The notes beneath the pieces were generated by a model, which saw only the letters and a program-made list of their open reading frames with translations, made no database searches and was not told the origin of the DNA. From Tricharina praecox (lineage: Eukaryota), in assembly GCF_024521635.1 (NCBI RefSeq), contig NW_026250405.1:1798001-1862000 (forward strand): 64,000 nucleotides of DNA, given 5' to 3'. Below are positions 23,822-37,911 of the stretch, piece after piece. The first letter of the stretch is position 1. Each line of letters opens with the position of its first letter. Made by a program: the position numbers and the translations under genes.

Positions 23822-26491
23822 TATAAAATATAACGGGAGGGGAGTGTGTGTGCTACCTATCGCGGCCCTTCGCGGGAGTGGAGGGAATGTAGGTACATGC
23901 CTGGTACCTCATACCTCATACATACTTCATAAATACCTTACATAGGTACACACGTCGGCTTCGAGAAAGCTGACGAAGAGCGTAACAACGTACAACGGTA
24001 GCAGCCGTTTCTTACTCATCCGTCAAACACAGACGTACTCTCCCGAGTCCTAGTAGTACCCGCCTCACGGTATTACGGTTTTACGGAAAGTCGCAAACCC
24101 TGCCTAGTGCTCCAAGTTCTCCAAAAAGTTTTGCGCGCGCGCATTTGCGCTCATAACTGGCTCGGCTGGTAATTTGTTCGCGGAACAACCGTCTCTTCCC
24201 GAGATTCGTCCGCCTGTACGTACGTACGCATAAGGAAGGAAGGCACGGACTCGCGTTTTCCCGTTATTGCTGCTACTTTGTGTTCTCGGACTATTCTCGG
24301 AGATCGGGTGGACGCTGGAAGTAGTGGAAGTGTGCCCCGCGGTATGCCTTCCGAGTCCCGAGTTCCGATTGAGCCGCGAGCGGAAGGATGGAGGATCCCG
24401 CAAGGTACCTGGGTACATGACTAATTGCACATGCGACATGTAACGATGTGTGCTGGGTTGTAACTTGTAACTTGTAACTTGTAACTTGTGGCTTGTGAGG
24501 CAAAAGGCGGAATCAAGCTTTTGCTCCGGGTAGAGTGTGTATGGGACGGAGACGGAGGAGGGGGTAAAATACTTCTACCATCTACCCAGGATAAATCTGC
24601 AGGGACGAATGCGAATCAAGATTCAAGAAACCATACAGGTTGGACTGGTCTTTTCTCGGCGTGTAGATTTCCTGCTTGCTCGGCGATGTCACGCACCGTT
24701 CGGCTTGTCGGTGGTGCGTTCGGTTCTCGGAACTTGGAACTTGGACGAGCTTCAGTGCCCGGCGAGACTGGCGAGATCGGCCCGGTCGGCCGAGGCTGAG
24801 AGCGGGCCCTTAGCCACTGGTTAGTAGCCCTACCGCCAGCCTCGTCTGGGGATTCTTCGAGACATTTCCTCAGCGACACGGAAACTTTCTCGCAAGTAAG
24901 GGAGAGAAGGCCATTTCTCGGTGCACAATGATATTCATCTCTCCCGCCGTGCAGACTCCAGAGGTGTTTCGTATTGTTCCCTAGTGACCCCGCTCGGCGG
25001 CATCCCCCCCACGGCGATACAAGCTACTCTGCCAGCGGGACGAAGATCTACTCACCGAGTGTGGTAACAGGTAACTTGGGAAGAGAACAAGCACTTGCTG
25101 CTCCCGGGGATCTGCGAATAGTTTGAGCGGACCCTCTTTGAGTGGTGCGTCGGTCGGTCTTTTTATGATCGTGGCCAGTCCTACACTGAACGGACCGACT
25201 TCAGACCCATCACGAGAGCGGACTCGAGAATCTCACAACGCTCCTCCTCCCACTCCCCCCCGTATCTCGCCACAGACCTCGCCTGTCCATCCGCCGTTCC
25301 CCCTTCCCCTCGCTCACCTCATTACCAGCAACAACCCCGGCGGGACCTGAGAAGAGCCTTGGCCAACCCATCTGATTGGCCAACTCACCAACCTACCCCC
25401 TCCCCCCTCCTTCCTGGCCAAAACAACCAGGCGTCGAATAACCCCGCGACAACTCTCTGTTACATACAAAACCAGACACCTTCTGCATCCATTCGCCCTA
25501 CATTTGGTCCCTTCCACTCGGCCCCCCCTCCTTCCACTTTACCTTCCCTTCCCTCCGCCAGCCGGTACTGCACCACACCACACCATACCATCATACCATA
25601 CCATATTCATCATCATCACCAGAAGCAGCAGCATCATCATAATCAGCATCATCAGCATCATCTTCTTCATCATCCTCCTCCTCATCGAGCAAGCGCGATC
25701 CAGTTGTCACCTACCACGCAGATTCCGGTACGTAACTATACTTGCACCGTTCATGTTCAACATGTGAATGATCCCTCTTCCCGTTTACCCCTCCCTCCAA
25801 TCCCCACTCCGCCCTCCCCCACCCCCGTAGTCGCCCTGTCAGGTCCGATGCTCCTCGTGAGCCTTGTGAGGCGCCGCCTTGCTGATCACGTTTTGCGTGC
25901 CGCGAATAGATACTCGGCCAGTTTAAGCTATCGTCCACATCACCTTGCCTTTCGCTTGCGTCGATAGTTAACTGCCGCCGCAGCCCGGCACCTCTTGCGC
26001 CCTTCTATCATCTTTCTCTCTTTCTTATTTCTTTCTTACGTGCCCGCCTTTGGTTTCCCTCTTCATCTCCATCGCAAACAGGCATCATAGGCGCAGATCA
26101 AGTGAGAGTTGCAGGGATTTCCATCTAGTTCTAGTTACAGCTTCCTGCCTAAAATCCTCCACCCTCCTTCCCCCCCCCCCCCCCCCCCCCCCACACCCAC
26201 ACCGCTGCTGCTTTATTTGGACCCGCTACCCCGCTGAACCCAAGAGCTTCCTCCCATTCCACCTCTTCTCCCCGCCCCCCCCCAAGCCTTCCACCCCCCA
26301 TACACCTTCGCCCGACCGGAACAACCACGATAACCCTAATTCTTACTTCGCGACCTCTGTCGCGACCATACATCCCAAGCCGACTCCCCGAGTTCGGTCG
26401 CTGAATTCCCCCGCTTACGGACCTCGAACCGAACTCCGCATTGCGAACTCACCCTCGACTCGCATCGACTAAGCCCTTTCCCCCTCCCGAA

Positions 26492-28535
26492 ATGGACACT
26501 TCGGGGCAAATCGAAGACGGCGCGTCCCAGCCGGGAAGCCATCGCAACTCACTAAATCACCACCAGTTTCCGCAGCCCGATCAAGGCTATGGCTCTCGGG
26601 CGTACGGTTCGCTGTCGCCGCCTCAGTATGACCCGCGATTCGCCGATCTTCCACAGGAACAGCAACAACAGCAACAACAGCAGCAGCACAACAACCGTCC
26701 GACGCATCAATTCGACGACTACCCGCTCTATTCTGCGCCCGAGGACTTTGGCTACAGAAATCTACCAACTTCTGGCGCAAGCATCAATCCTGCCGAACTC
26801 TCCTTGATGGACAGCAACAATAATCCTTCGTCGCATCATCAGCGTACGCCGTCGCATCAGGTCGAGCCGAGCGACCACGATTCTCCGGGCCATCAACAGG
26901 CCTATCTATCCTCGTCCACCCAGCCTTCGAGCACCGGCGGCTACGAGTGGGAGACCGTGTTTGCCGAGTCGGACTCGTGGCACCATCGCAGGGCGCCAAG
27001 TGAGTACTCGGACATCTCGTCAGCCGCACCGAGTCCGTACCTCGGCAACCAGGAATTCGGCGAGTCATCTTCGCCGCTGCTGGAAGCCCAGTACACGGGT
27101 GGTTCGATGCAGGATCTGCTGAACGCGCCAGGCGGCGACGCTTTCGGGATGGATACGTTTTCGCTGTCGGAGCGTGAGCCGTCCCCGGGGTTGAGTGCCA
27201 CTCCGGGCTACCACAGCGCCGCCAACAGTCCCTACCTACCGCCACAGGATAACCGTTCGCTCGGGCTCGTACCGTCGATGCAAGGCATGATGGGGCCACC
27301 ACCCCCAGCCGGACATGGCGCTGGGCTTGGAATACCTGGCGGGTTGGGAATCCACGAGGAGCACCTCGCTCCTCAGATCAGCGTCTCGTTTGCACCACCC
27401 CAGCGGCAACCAACGTTCCCTGGAAAGCCTGGAATGCAGCCCGACGACCAGGCTCTGAGACCACCCCCCAAGAGTATGTGTGCACCGAGATGACGGGGAG
27501 GAAGATGTAACGAATCCGAATGCTGTTTTCGTGCTGACGATATGAAACCGTATAGGCCCCAGATCGAGACCGAGATCCAAATCCGATCCTTATGCGAACG
27601 GATCCGGCGGACCTATCACGCGGCCTGTGAACTCACAGCCCGGGTCGCGAGGAAACAGCCCGGTGCGGGGTCGGTCCAGGCAGAACTCTTTGAGCCCGTC
27701 GGATGCCCAGCGGCCCACGAGCACCTCATCCACCAAGATGTCGCGACGATCTTCGACCAATTCGGTGCCGAACCGCGATTACATCTTGGAACTGGCGCAT
27801 CCCAACCGCCCAGGATCGACCGCCGGGGACAGTAAACGTGTGCAGAAGCATCCCGCCACGTTCCAGTGCAACCTGTGTCCCAAGCGGTTCACGCGAGCCT
27901 ACAATCTTCGCTCGCACCTGCGCACTCACACAGATGAGCGGCCTTTCGTGTGTACCATATGTGGCAAGGCTTTCGCACGCCAGCACGATCGGAAACGGCA
28001 CGAAGGCCTCCACTCGGGCGAAAAGAAGTTTGTGTGCCGCGGAAATCTCAAGGCGGGCGGCAACTGGGGTTGCGGGAGGAGGTTCGCGAGGGCCGATGCT
28101 CTGGGACGCCACTTTAGATCCGAGGCCGGTAGGGTGTGCATTCGCCCGCTGTTGGACGAAGAGACGGCCGAGCGACAACGCATGCAGATGCAGCAGGGTG
28201 TCATGGGCCTCATGGGCCATGTCTCCTCGGCCCCCGACGGCTCGATGATGGATACTGCCGCCATGAACATATCGTTCCCCGTCGCACTGCTGGAACAGTA
28301 TCCGGATCTGGCCACCATGAGCTGGGGTGTCGACGGGGGCGCAGGCGCCGACGAATACGACAACGATAACGGCTTAGACGCCAGCGGAGGCGAGTACGAA
28401 GATGGCGGTAGTGTCAGTGGAGGTATTGCCATGAGCAGTCATCGCAACAGCTACGATGGAAGCAGGGCTCCGGTTTGGGGTGACGATGGGTGGCATAGCG
28501 ATACGGGTGATGGACAGGTGGTGCGGGTGTACTAG
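26492..28535 (+). CDS. crzA: Calcineurin-responsive C2H2 zinc-finger transcription factor
   Basis: [19 protein letters not shown], PxIxIT-like docking motif PQISVS, RSKSDP, and fingers [39 protein letters not shown]...[20 protein letters not shown]. Intron at 27474-27555. Confidence 0.93.
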
Positions 28536-29289
28536 GAGTAGTCGTGGTTGATTGTGGTTTGCGATGTGAAGTGTGCGATGTGCGATTTGTTTTTCTTGTC
28601 TCTGTTCTTATCGGTACCCCATTTTTCGTTCCCTGTCTGCTGGCTGGTGGTTCTCCGTATGTTCTCTCGCATCTACTTGTTTCCGGTTCATAAAGGGTTT
28701 TTGTTTTGTTTTTATTTTCGGTTACCAGGTTTTTTTTGGTTGTGTCACTGGTGCTTCTGGTAGTGCTTCTGGTATGTGCGTTTTGTCTGTCTGTCTTGTC
28801 TTGTCTGTCAATACCCAGCCAGCTGTGAGTGAGTGTGTTCGATTCGTGTCGTTTTTTTTCATAGAGATTATTACTTATTCGCTGTAGTCTGTGCGCGGTA
28901 TGCATACTAAGCCTTCGTTGGCTGCTTTTTTCGTGGGGATGTGGTGACAGCTCTGGTCGATGGTCAGCGTCCCGATGAACTTTGAGGCGGATGTAGGCGG
29001 GTGAATTATCGTGATTTTTGGTGATCTACTTGTCGGCAGCCACCAGCCACCGGCTACCTGGGTAGCACTGCCAGGATAGCACTGCCAGGATAGCACGGCC
29101 AGGCCAGGCTGATGGTCCGGCATCGGAACTATAGTGGTATGATACGGCTGGGCGGACTCCGGAGGCGATTCGGGCCCAGTCGGCTTTCGTCGTCCTTCCC
29201 AGTGCCCACTAACTACGGCCCGCATTCTTGGTATGTATATACAGTAGTAAAAAATATGGGCTGCTCGGGACCAGAGTGCAACTTGAATT

Positions 29290-30190
29290 GTGCAATTTCC
29301 ATGTTGCTTCAGTACCGTGATAGAATTTAGCACCCAATGTAATGCAGATTCATATGAATGCGTCATGCCCGAAATCCTGTCGCGCTGCCGTATTTGTAAC
29401 ACTCTGTACCGGTTTTACAATGCACATTTGTCTGAAATGCTGGTGATAAATGCCTGATTTTATGACTGCGGGAGCCGGTCTAAATGCTGCATTTACATCA
29501 TTTACCCTCCGTAGTGCGATGGCTATCATAATGCTAGGCAGCGAAACTACATGCGGCATTCTTTAGAATGCCGTTTTCTCGACATACTAGGTATTAGGTA
29601 CGGCACCGTACGAATGGTTACAGCATTCATTCTTTACGAGTACCAACATAAAGGCAAATGCTCGGGTATGATAACTGCTGCATAGAATTAGGATACCGTC
29701 TCCTCCTACTGCTACATACAGGAGTCACCGCCGATCATGCCATAGACAGCTACTCCATCACTTCCTCGCGATGACAACTCCTCCTCTCACACCATCCCTC
29801 CCTCAGCTTCCCTTCGCTAACAAATCCTCCATCTCGCTGACAACTCCTCCATCTCACGGACAGCTCCTTCATCACGCCCCCCCTCACAGACAGCTCCTCT
29901 ACTACCTCCTTTCGCTGACAAGTCCTCCTCATTAACAGCTCCTCCATCTCGCTGACAGCTCCTCCATCACTTCCTCACGGTGACAAATCCGCCTCACTGA
30001 CAGCTCCTCCTCTCGCTGACAGCTCCACCACAACCCGCCGCGGATGCAGCATTGACTGGGCAGTGAATACCCCCTCCCTCTCCCCCCCTCTCTCTACTGT
30101 TGCTATTTGCCCTGCTAATTACCGTGCTTCAAGTCCCGCTGGACCCGCCGCGGATAGAGCGCTAGCTACACTGTGAGTACCGTCTCCTTC
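29290..30190 (-). repeat. Dispersed repeat family A, copy 2 (inverted; expanded ~18-bp minisatellite at ~29750-30030)
   Basis: The reverse complement matches 6180-6400 and 6667-6862; (CAGCTCCTCC.TCTCGCTGA)-like units. Confidence 0.75.
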
Positions 30191-30216
30191 CTACTGCTAA
30201 TACTCGTTGCGGATGC

Positions 30217-30420
30217 AGCACTGGATTCGCCCTGGAGGCTGGAGATGGCCCTCTCGCTGCCATGGAGCTGCCTCTCTTGCTGACATGGAAATGGTCCCTC
30301 TTGCTGCAACGGAGCAGTACTGGATCCGCCCTGGAGATGGACCCTCTCGCTGCCGTGGAGATGCCCCTCTCGCTAATGTGAATACAGCACTGGATTCGCC
30401 CTGGAGGCTGGAGATGCCCG
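30217..30420. repeat. Three degenerate tandem units beginning CAGCACTGGATTCGCCCTGGAG
   Basis: Units start at ~30217, ~30314 and ~30385. Confidence 0.7.
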
Positions 30421-31373
30421 CGCAGGTAGCCACAGCGCAGGCAGCCACAGCGCAGGCGGCCAAAGCTGCATCTTCACATTTAGGGCCCCCACGAAACCTC
30501 GATCATAAGCAACTATTCAAAGGGCGAGGAGGTGGGGGGTTTTCGGCCGTGTGAGTAGAAAGAACATTAAATAGTGAATGAAGTAGATAGAATACTAGAT
30601 AGAAGTTCAATGCGAGACACACTGAATCACTGCATACAAACCGGCACCGTAGTGATCTAAAATTAATATTCATCCTCAATACTATACTCATATGAAATAC
30701 CGAGATCGATCTGATGCTCATATCCATTGACTGCGCATAGCACGTAATACTGTGTTTTGACGAGTAGAAAATTCTAGTTGATGCTGTATTGGTCTAGTAA
30801 GGTTACGGGAGTTGTACGAAGACGCATTCATTTGAATACATGCCAGCATGCTGCCATAGCGCGACCAAAATCAAACAACAGGATGATTCACATCTATCGG
30901 TACCGACGTGGCAATGCGCATTACTTTTCTCAGTATAATGATTTTTTGGCCGTAAAGATTCCGCTTTTTTTGGATTGCCTCCAATCATTCTACTGCCGCC
31001 TGGCTCTGGTATTGCCTCCATACCGGTCAGCCCTAGTTGTTTACCACTGTATGCATAATGGTTGTCATCGGCCCGTCTAGATGCGCAAACGTGTTCCGAT
31101 ACAGCTTTCTTCATTCGTTGTGTGTGACTTCGTTGGATCACTATATGCTCATTCAGACACGCTCTTTATTCCTGAGAGTGCTCGTTCCTGTTGCACCCTT
31201 TCCAATTCGACTCACGAGGGTTAAGGCTGAATTACGGTACGTGCCCCGCTCCAGATGGTGATCCGGCATCCCTAACGCACGCCAACTAGCCATAGCTACC
31301 CGCAGAGCCCCACCGCTCCTCCGCGTCACCCCACCTTGACAGCCCCGCGATTCAATCGGCCTCCCACGCCGCA

Positions 31374-32348
31374 ATGTCGTTCTCCGCCGCCCCGCGTCTG
31401 CTGCTGCGGCCACCGCTGCTGCACCCGCTCCGTCCCCGCCTCCACCGCGGCTTCCGCGCCTCCCCCTCACGCTCCACCTTCCTCGACGCCACGACCACCG
31501 TCCTAACGACACTACACAGCAGCAGCGGCCTGCCATGGGCGTTCATAATCCCACTCAGCGCATTCACCCTCCGCCTGGCCCTAGTCCCCCTCACCCTATA
31601 CACGCGCACGGTCACATCGAAGATCATCACGCTCTCCCCCCTCCAAGAAGCGCGCACCCACCAGCTCGCAAAAGCGTACGCGAAGACCTCGGACCCGCGG
31701 GAGTGGGAGAAGCACGTGCGCCAGCACGCCGCCACCGTCCGCAAAGAGATGTGGGCGCGCTGGGGATGCCAGCGCTGGAAACTCTACCTCCCCTTGCTGC
31801 AGCTGCCCGTGTGGGTCGGCATGTCCGCTACATTACGCGCGCTGCTGCCGGGTCACCACGCCACCGACGAGACCTCTGCCGAGGTCGTCGAGAAAACCGC
31901 CGACTGGATCGTTACCGCGCTGGGCGGGCTCACCCCGCCCGCCCCAGCGCCTCAGGGCCTGCTGAGCGAGGGCCTGCCGTTCGCGCTGGACCTGACGCTG
32001 CCGGATCCCACGCTCACGCTGCCGCTGCTGTTTTTTGGCGCGCTCGCGGGGAACCACCTGCTACAGAGCTACACTGGCCCGCCGCCGACGACGGCACGGC
32101 AGCGCGTGTTCAGGAATTCGCTCGGTGTGCTCACGATGGTTATGGGGCTGGTGGCGGTGCAGGCCCCCGCCGCGCTCGTGTTGTATTGGATGAGTTCTGC
32201 TGGGTTTAGTTTGCTGTTGAATGCGGCGTTGCATGTGTATAGGCCGCTGCCACAGAGGGTTGAGAGGTGTAAGGGAGGCGCGATAGAGGAGGGGAAGAGG
32301 CTGATGAATGCGGAGGCGGTGGTGTTGGGGGGGAAGGTTGTGGGCTAG
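31374..32348 (+). CDS. COX18: Mitochondrial inner-membrane insertase, Oxa1/YidC family (Cox18-like)
   Basis: Arg-rich presequence, LHSSSGLPWAFIIPLSA, RWGCQRWK..LPLLQLPVW, DLTLPDP and PAALVLYWMSS. Lacks the long Oxa1 C-terminal tail; intronless. Confidence 0.8.
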   Translation: MSFSAAPRLLLRPPLLHPLRPRLHRGFRASPSRSTFLDATTTVLTTLHSSSGLPWAFIIPLSAFTLRLALVPLTLYTRTVTSKIITLSPLQEARTHQLAKAYAKTSDPREWEKHVRQHAATVRKEMWARWGCQRWKLYLPLLQLPVWVGMSATLRALLPGHHATDETSAEVVEKTADWIVTALGGLTPPAPAPQGLLSEGLPFALDLTLPDPTLTLPLLFFGALAGNHLLQSYTGPPPTTARQRVFRNSLGVLTMVMGLVAVQAPAALVLYWMSSAGFSLLLNAALHVYRPLPQRVERCKGGAIEEGKRLMNAEAVVLGGKVVG

Positions 32349-32925
32349 ACGGAGGGGGGGAGGGTGGGGGGTTTGTAGGATAGGACAAGTTGATTGTTGT
32401 TTTGATATAGATGTAAGTGAGGGGACGGAATGCATAGCGAGGCTGTGTGTACGCGATGGTTTGACTTTACTATAGAGAGCCGGCTGGGAATGGCATTTCT
32501 ACTGGGCGGTGAACAGATATGTAGTCAAATATCGGTCTGATGCATCAAATGTCCCGTCGTCTCCCCAGGAGGGCATAATGTGAATACTACAGAGAGGGGT
32601 TCAGACGACGTTATTTGCAGGCACTAGGTAGATCTGAAGTTGATAAGATGGAGGATATACAGTGTGTGAGCGGAATGCTCATCTGCACACATACACAAGT
32701 GAAACACGGCGATGTAAAGCAGCTGTCTGTGAGTTCCACGCAGCTCAACTTCTGCTTTGTCACGACTGGTCGGGATTTCACGGTAGAGTCATCTCATCTG
32801 CCGCGGGCGAACCAATGTATGAATGCGAAACCCGCGCAATTCATTCCCTGCTCAGAGCATAACAGTACAAACAAATCCCATCCAAACCAAACCAAACCAG
32901 CAAAAACCGCACCCTCATCCCATGC

Positions 32926-34055
32926 CTAATCCAAATCCGCCACCGGCAGCCCATTCAGCACCTGCGCGGTACTTCCGAGAGCCTTCAGCGCCTCCTGGGC
33001 GTTCTTAAGCTTAAGCTCCCTAGCCTCCTTATCGCTAACGAGGACAAAGTCGTAGTTGATTGCCCAGTCGTTGGCATCGACGCCGTACTTCTCCGCCACC
33101 GCCGGGTCCTCAACCTTGCCCACGTCGATGATCAGCGACGACTTCACGCCAAACACCGCGTCCGACGTCTCGTACGGGTCGCCGCGGATGTACAGTGAGC
33201 TAGATAGGCGGGGGGGGGTCAGTGTGTGTGTGACTCGGGGACGGGGGGGAATGGGGTGTTGTGACTTACGTCACCAGGGTATCGTAGCCCTTCGCGATGA
33301 TCATGAAGTGCATATGACTCGGCCTGTATGGATGTCTATGTACCATCTCGAGCATCTTGCCCACAGGGCCATCATGGGGGATCGGGTAGGGGACCGGGCG
33401 GATGGCGCGGAACCAGAAGTTGCCCTCATCATCCGTTTTGAGGATCCCGCGGCAGTCCGGGAACGACCTATCGGCGTACTGCGTATCGTAGTGGCCCGTC
33501 TCGTCCGTCTCCCAGATGTCGACGGAGGCGTTGGCGATCGGCGCGCCGGTGGTGTCCTTCAACGTGCAGCGTACGAGACAGGCTTCACCTTTGCCGTCGC
33601 TGCAGATGCTGTCCCCGTGTGCGAACTCGTGCGCGTCTTCCGTGTGGAACGGGCCGAGAACGGTGCCCTCCGTTGCGTTTGCCGGCTTGGGGTGATTGAT
33701 GTTCTCGACGAGCGTGGATAGGCCGAGGACGTCCGAGAGGAGAATGAATTCCTGAGGTGGTGCGGTTAGCGGGATGTCTCCAATTGAGTAGGCGGGGAGT
33801 GCGGGGCAGGAGTGGTACCTGTCTAGTATCCGAGCAGATCTGTCCGACGGCAGTGAGGAACATGATTCCGGCCATCCACTCCTCAGTGGTGAGGCGGGTC
33901 TCGCGGGCAAAGTCATGGAGATGCGTAACGAGACGCTCGAGCAGGTACTGCAGACGCCTATCAGGGCCCTGCGAGTTGATGATGATGGTGTTCTCGGTGA
34001 TGTTGTCGGCCGTGAGGTCCTTCATCGGCGGAATCTTGACCTGGCTGGGATCCAT
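32926..34055 (-). CDS. Intradiol ring-cleavage dioxygenase, hydroxyquinol 1,2-dioxygenase type
   Basis: HLHDFARETRLTTEEW, RQEFILLSDVLGLS, ATEGTVLGPFH, YDTQY, PYPIPHDGPVG, RPSHMHF, DPYETSDAVFGVK. Introns at 33818-33752 and 33269-33200. Confidence 0.92.
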
Positions 34056-35646
34056 TGCGGCGAGTACGGCCTTGAGACGGGCTTGCGGGGGAGAAATGGT
34101 TGCGAGGGGGAGTAAGCGGTAGTAGGGCGGGGTGAGGAGTGCGTGCTGAGATGATGGTGATGATGATGCGGTTGCAATGGCCAGTGCAGCCACGAACGTT
34201 TTATGCTCGGTTTTCCGGTTTTGAACGGGCCTCTATATCCGCGCGTTCCGCAGCCCGGATATAGTAATCCCGCAGCGGCTGCCTCACACGGTCTCGCATG
34301 TACTCAGCACCGTACACTCATGATGGCAGATGTTTGTGGGGGAGCGATCAACACATATTGCGGGGTATGTTTTAGAGCACGGGTGTTCGAGCAGGCATGG
34401 AGGCGGATATAGAGCAAATTGCAGCCCTGCGATTGGCGGAACAATTGCGGCGCGATGTGGGCGGTACTAAGCGAACGCGGCAAACTCCGAGCGAGCGAGC
34501 CGGAGACTAGGGATGGGCATCGACCCGTACATGGTCGGAGTGAAAAAAATGCCTACTCCGTGCCCGGCCAACTGTTACTCGGCTATGTACATGGCCTTTG
34601 GAAAGACAAAAGAGCTCGTTCAATAATGGCACCCCAAGGCGGGCCTTCGAGCACCTTTCTGTACGAATAGAGCCCACAAATTACTACAAGTGTGCTAGTG
34701 TCCCTGCTACTGCCCAAAGCAGAAATAAGAGTGAGCGATCATGAGTGTTTATGGCCCCCGCAACTGGTCGCCTTCCAAGCTCGCGTGCTCTAGATCGCCA
34801 TTCGACTGAACACAGCAAACGGGGACAAAATCGAAACTGCGAAGAATTACTTGTTCCGAGAATAGCCCGTGACGCTGAAGCCTGAACTCGATCGCATTGT
34901 CGTTGTGCACAAATCAGTCACTCGCGGTGTCAGCCAAATAAATGTGCGACTCCAAGTACCGACCGTGTTGCCTTGAGGTGACCATGAGCAACCATACGTA
35001 ACGGTATCACCAGGTGTCTGCAGCAGGACATTCGCAAGATCAGTGTCCGCCCGCCCGCTCGTTGCCGCTCGTTACTTCCTGCCCTCGTGGGGCGGCAAAG
35101 TCGGCGGAGCGGCATCGAGTAGGCATCGACTTGCGTGTGTCGTTGCCTCTTTCTCTTGGCGCATTCCGCATCCCGTCGCCTCCCCCACAATTCGTCGGGG
35201 CTAGAAGACCTAGGCTTGCAGGCATCCCGCGTGCATTCTCCGGTGTGCCTCGTGGCGATGGAGAAACCCCAGAACCGGGGTGGCTTCGCACTGCCAGAGT
35301 CGCACCGTACTCACTCGCGGAAAAATAAATTCGGTAAGCTGTGGGGAAGACCGTGCGGAAGGAACGCCTCCGTCGGTGTCAGTGGTGGCCTTGAGGCTTT
35401 GTGTGGCTGCGACGGAATAACTTTGTCAATGAGCTCCTACGAAGAAGAAGCTCTCGTGATGGGCAGAAAGTGTTCATAAAGACTCTCGGCCGCCTGTGCT
35501 AGCGACTTCAATTTCTACTGTACCACAGAGAGCAGACAACCCCACAGCTCAATACCTCCTACCCTACTCCCTCACACACTACATACCTCCCCACAACACA
35601 ATCGAACAGAAGACCCCTTCCCATCCATTATCAACATACGAATAAC

Positions 35647-37051
35647 ATGCCGGCTCTCGATGTCATCATCGTCGGCGCGGGCCTCGGCGGCCTGGCAGCA
35701 GCAATCGGCACCTCTCTGGCGGGCCACAATGTGACGATATACGAGCAGGCCCACCACCTCGCAGAGGTATGTATCTCCAACTTGGCCCTGTTCGTATCAT
35801 CTACTGACACCCGCCCAGGTCGGTGCAGGAATCCAAGTGCCACCCAATGCCTCTCGCATCCTCGCCAAATGGGACCTCGTCGATGAATTCAACAAAGTCT
35901 CCGTCTCACCGCACGCCTTCCGTCTCCGCGGCTACGCCACCGGCAACCTCCTGAGCGAGCAGCCACTGGTGCCAATGACGATGGATGCCTACGGCGCACC
36001 GTACTGCAACGTCCACCGAGCCGACTACCACAACCTCCTCGTCGACAAGTGCCACGCTCTCGGCGTCAAGGTGATGCTGAACTCCCGCGTCGTCTCCGCC
36101 GACTTCAACGCGCCATCCATCACCCTCTCCACAGGCGAGGTGCTGACCGCAGACCTCGTCATCGGCGCCGACGGCCTCAAGAGCAACCTCCGCTCCCTCC
36201 TCCTCGGCGGCCCCTCCCCCCCATACCTAACCGGCGACCTCGCCTACCGCATCCTGATCTCAGCAGAGCTGATGCGGGCAGACCCCGAGCTCGCCGAGCT
36301 CGCTTCCAAGCCCATAATCAACGTCTGGATGGGCCCTCGAGCGCACGCGGTGTGCTACCTGCTCAAAGGCGGCGAGGTATACAACATCGTGCTGTGCTGC
36401 CCGGACAACCTCCCGGCGGACGTCAACATCGCACGCGCGGACCCGGGCGAGCTCGCGTCGTTCTTCTCGACGTGGGACCCGCGCCTGCAGAAGCTGCTCT
36501 CGCTGTCGCACGACGTGTCCAAGTGGCGCCTGCAGAACAGCCGCGAAATGCAGACGTGGGTGCACCCCGCGGGGAGGTTCACGCTGCTCGGCGACGCCTG
36601 CCACGCCACCCTGCCGTATCTAGCCCAGGGCGCGGCCATGGCCGTCGAGGACGGCGCCGTCATCGGTGCCCTCCTAGCGAAGGTCGAAGCCAAGGAACAG
36701 ATCCCCGACGTGCTGAAGCTGTACGAGACGCTGCGGAAGAACAGGACCGAGAAGGTCGTCAAGGCCAGCACCCAGCACAGAGACGTGTTCCACCTCGAGG
36801 ATGGCGAGTTGCAGCAGCAGCGGGATGCCATCCTGCTCGCTGACAGCCGTGCCCCCGGGTTCCCGAATAAGTGGCGAGACGAGGAGTTCCGTGACTGGTT
36901 GTTCGGGTACGACGCGTTCGAGCAGGCGAACCAGGGCTGGGAGAAGTACAAGCGTGAGGGCTGCTTCTGGAATAAGATGGAGGTCTACGCTACGGATACT
37001 AAGTGTGCGCCGGCTGTCGTGACGGGTGCCAGTGCGGCCCTCGTTGTCTGA
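35647..37051 (+). CDS. Group A FAD-dependent aromatic monooxygenase (salicylate-hydroxylase-like)
   Basis: IIVGAGLGGL, EVGAGIQVPPNASRIL across intron 35767-35818, HRADYH, IGADGLKS, LLGDACHATLPYLAQGAAMAVEDG, WLFGYDA. Confidence 0.92.
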
Positions 37052-37911
37052 TTCTTGTTGTTCCGGCCTTGGACTGTTTTTTGGCTGTAGATATTGTGTT
37101 TTTTTGCGTGCATCGGCCTTGCGCTGTTTTGGTTGGAGTAAATACTGTTTGGCAAATGAATTCATTTTTTCTTATTTCATAAAGTAATCGTTCGGCAAAA
37201 CGTTTATCCAGTGACATACGAGAGCACTCGGTGATCGGTCTCGACCGGGAGCAGACCCAGAAGCGGGATATAGAGTGTGCGGGGAAGGATGTGTTGAAAT
37301 AAACGCCACAACTCACCGCACCTATCTAAGTTCTTTCTTTTGTTGATTGGGTGATATATCGGTGATATGGGTGATATGGGTGATATAAAGACTTGCATCT
37401 CTCTCGTGTTCTTTCCTTTCCATCAAGTCAGATCGTCAATAGTTACAATATTGAGACTCCTGTTCCTTAACTCTCTCTCTCCAACGCATCTCCTGTTTGT
37501 ACGTTTCCCGTCCGAACTTCCGCGCCGTCCAAACTACAGAATGCAGACAACAACCACACTGAACAGAGGAAATGGGGAAGAATGCAAAAAAAAAGGGGGG
37601 GGGGATTATAACAGCTTGCAGGTCATCATAGGTGCTCTACTAGTTATTAGTAGAATTTGATGAGCTCGAAGCTGTTATAACCCATGTTGTTTTCTGCATT
37701 CTTCTGCGACTTTTTCGAGCAGCTGGCCTTGTCAACTGTGTGAACTCGAGAGCATCGTGCAATTGTGGATACCTTTTCGCGTTGCCAGGCCGCGTGCGGA
37801 GTAGGTAACCAAGTACCCAGTCCAGGGATCAATGACGTCGGTCCTTGCCCCCTCCCCCCGCATCTAACCGAAGCTCAAGTCCCCACCACATCGGCATCAG
37901 GACCACGCCGC

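Noticed and set aside
23523..23945. (CVG)n / (CRL)n ORFs that resemble a metallothionein
   Set aside because: They are translations of the 9-bp minisatellite, with non-ATG starts and no synonymous variation beyond the repeat variants.
25359..25967. His/Gln/Pro-rich 202-aa ORF upstream of crzA
   Set aside because: TTG start and CAT/CAG microsatellite content; more likely 5' leader or promoter sequence.
36049..37165. Long alternative-frame and antisense ORFs over GC-rich genes (also at 9.9-10.8, 27.7-28.4, 31.5-32.2, 47.3-48.2 and 61.3-62.0 kb)
   Set aside because: These are shadow ORFs expected from high GC at third codon positions.
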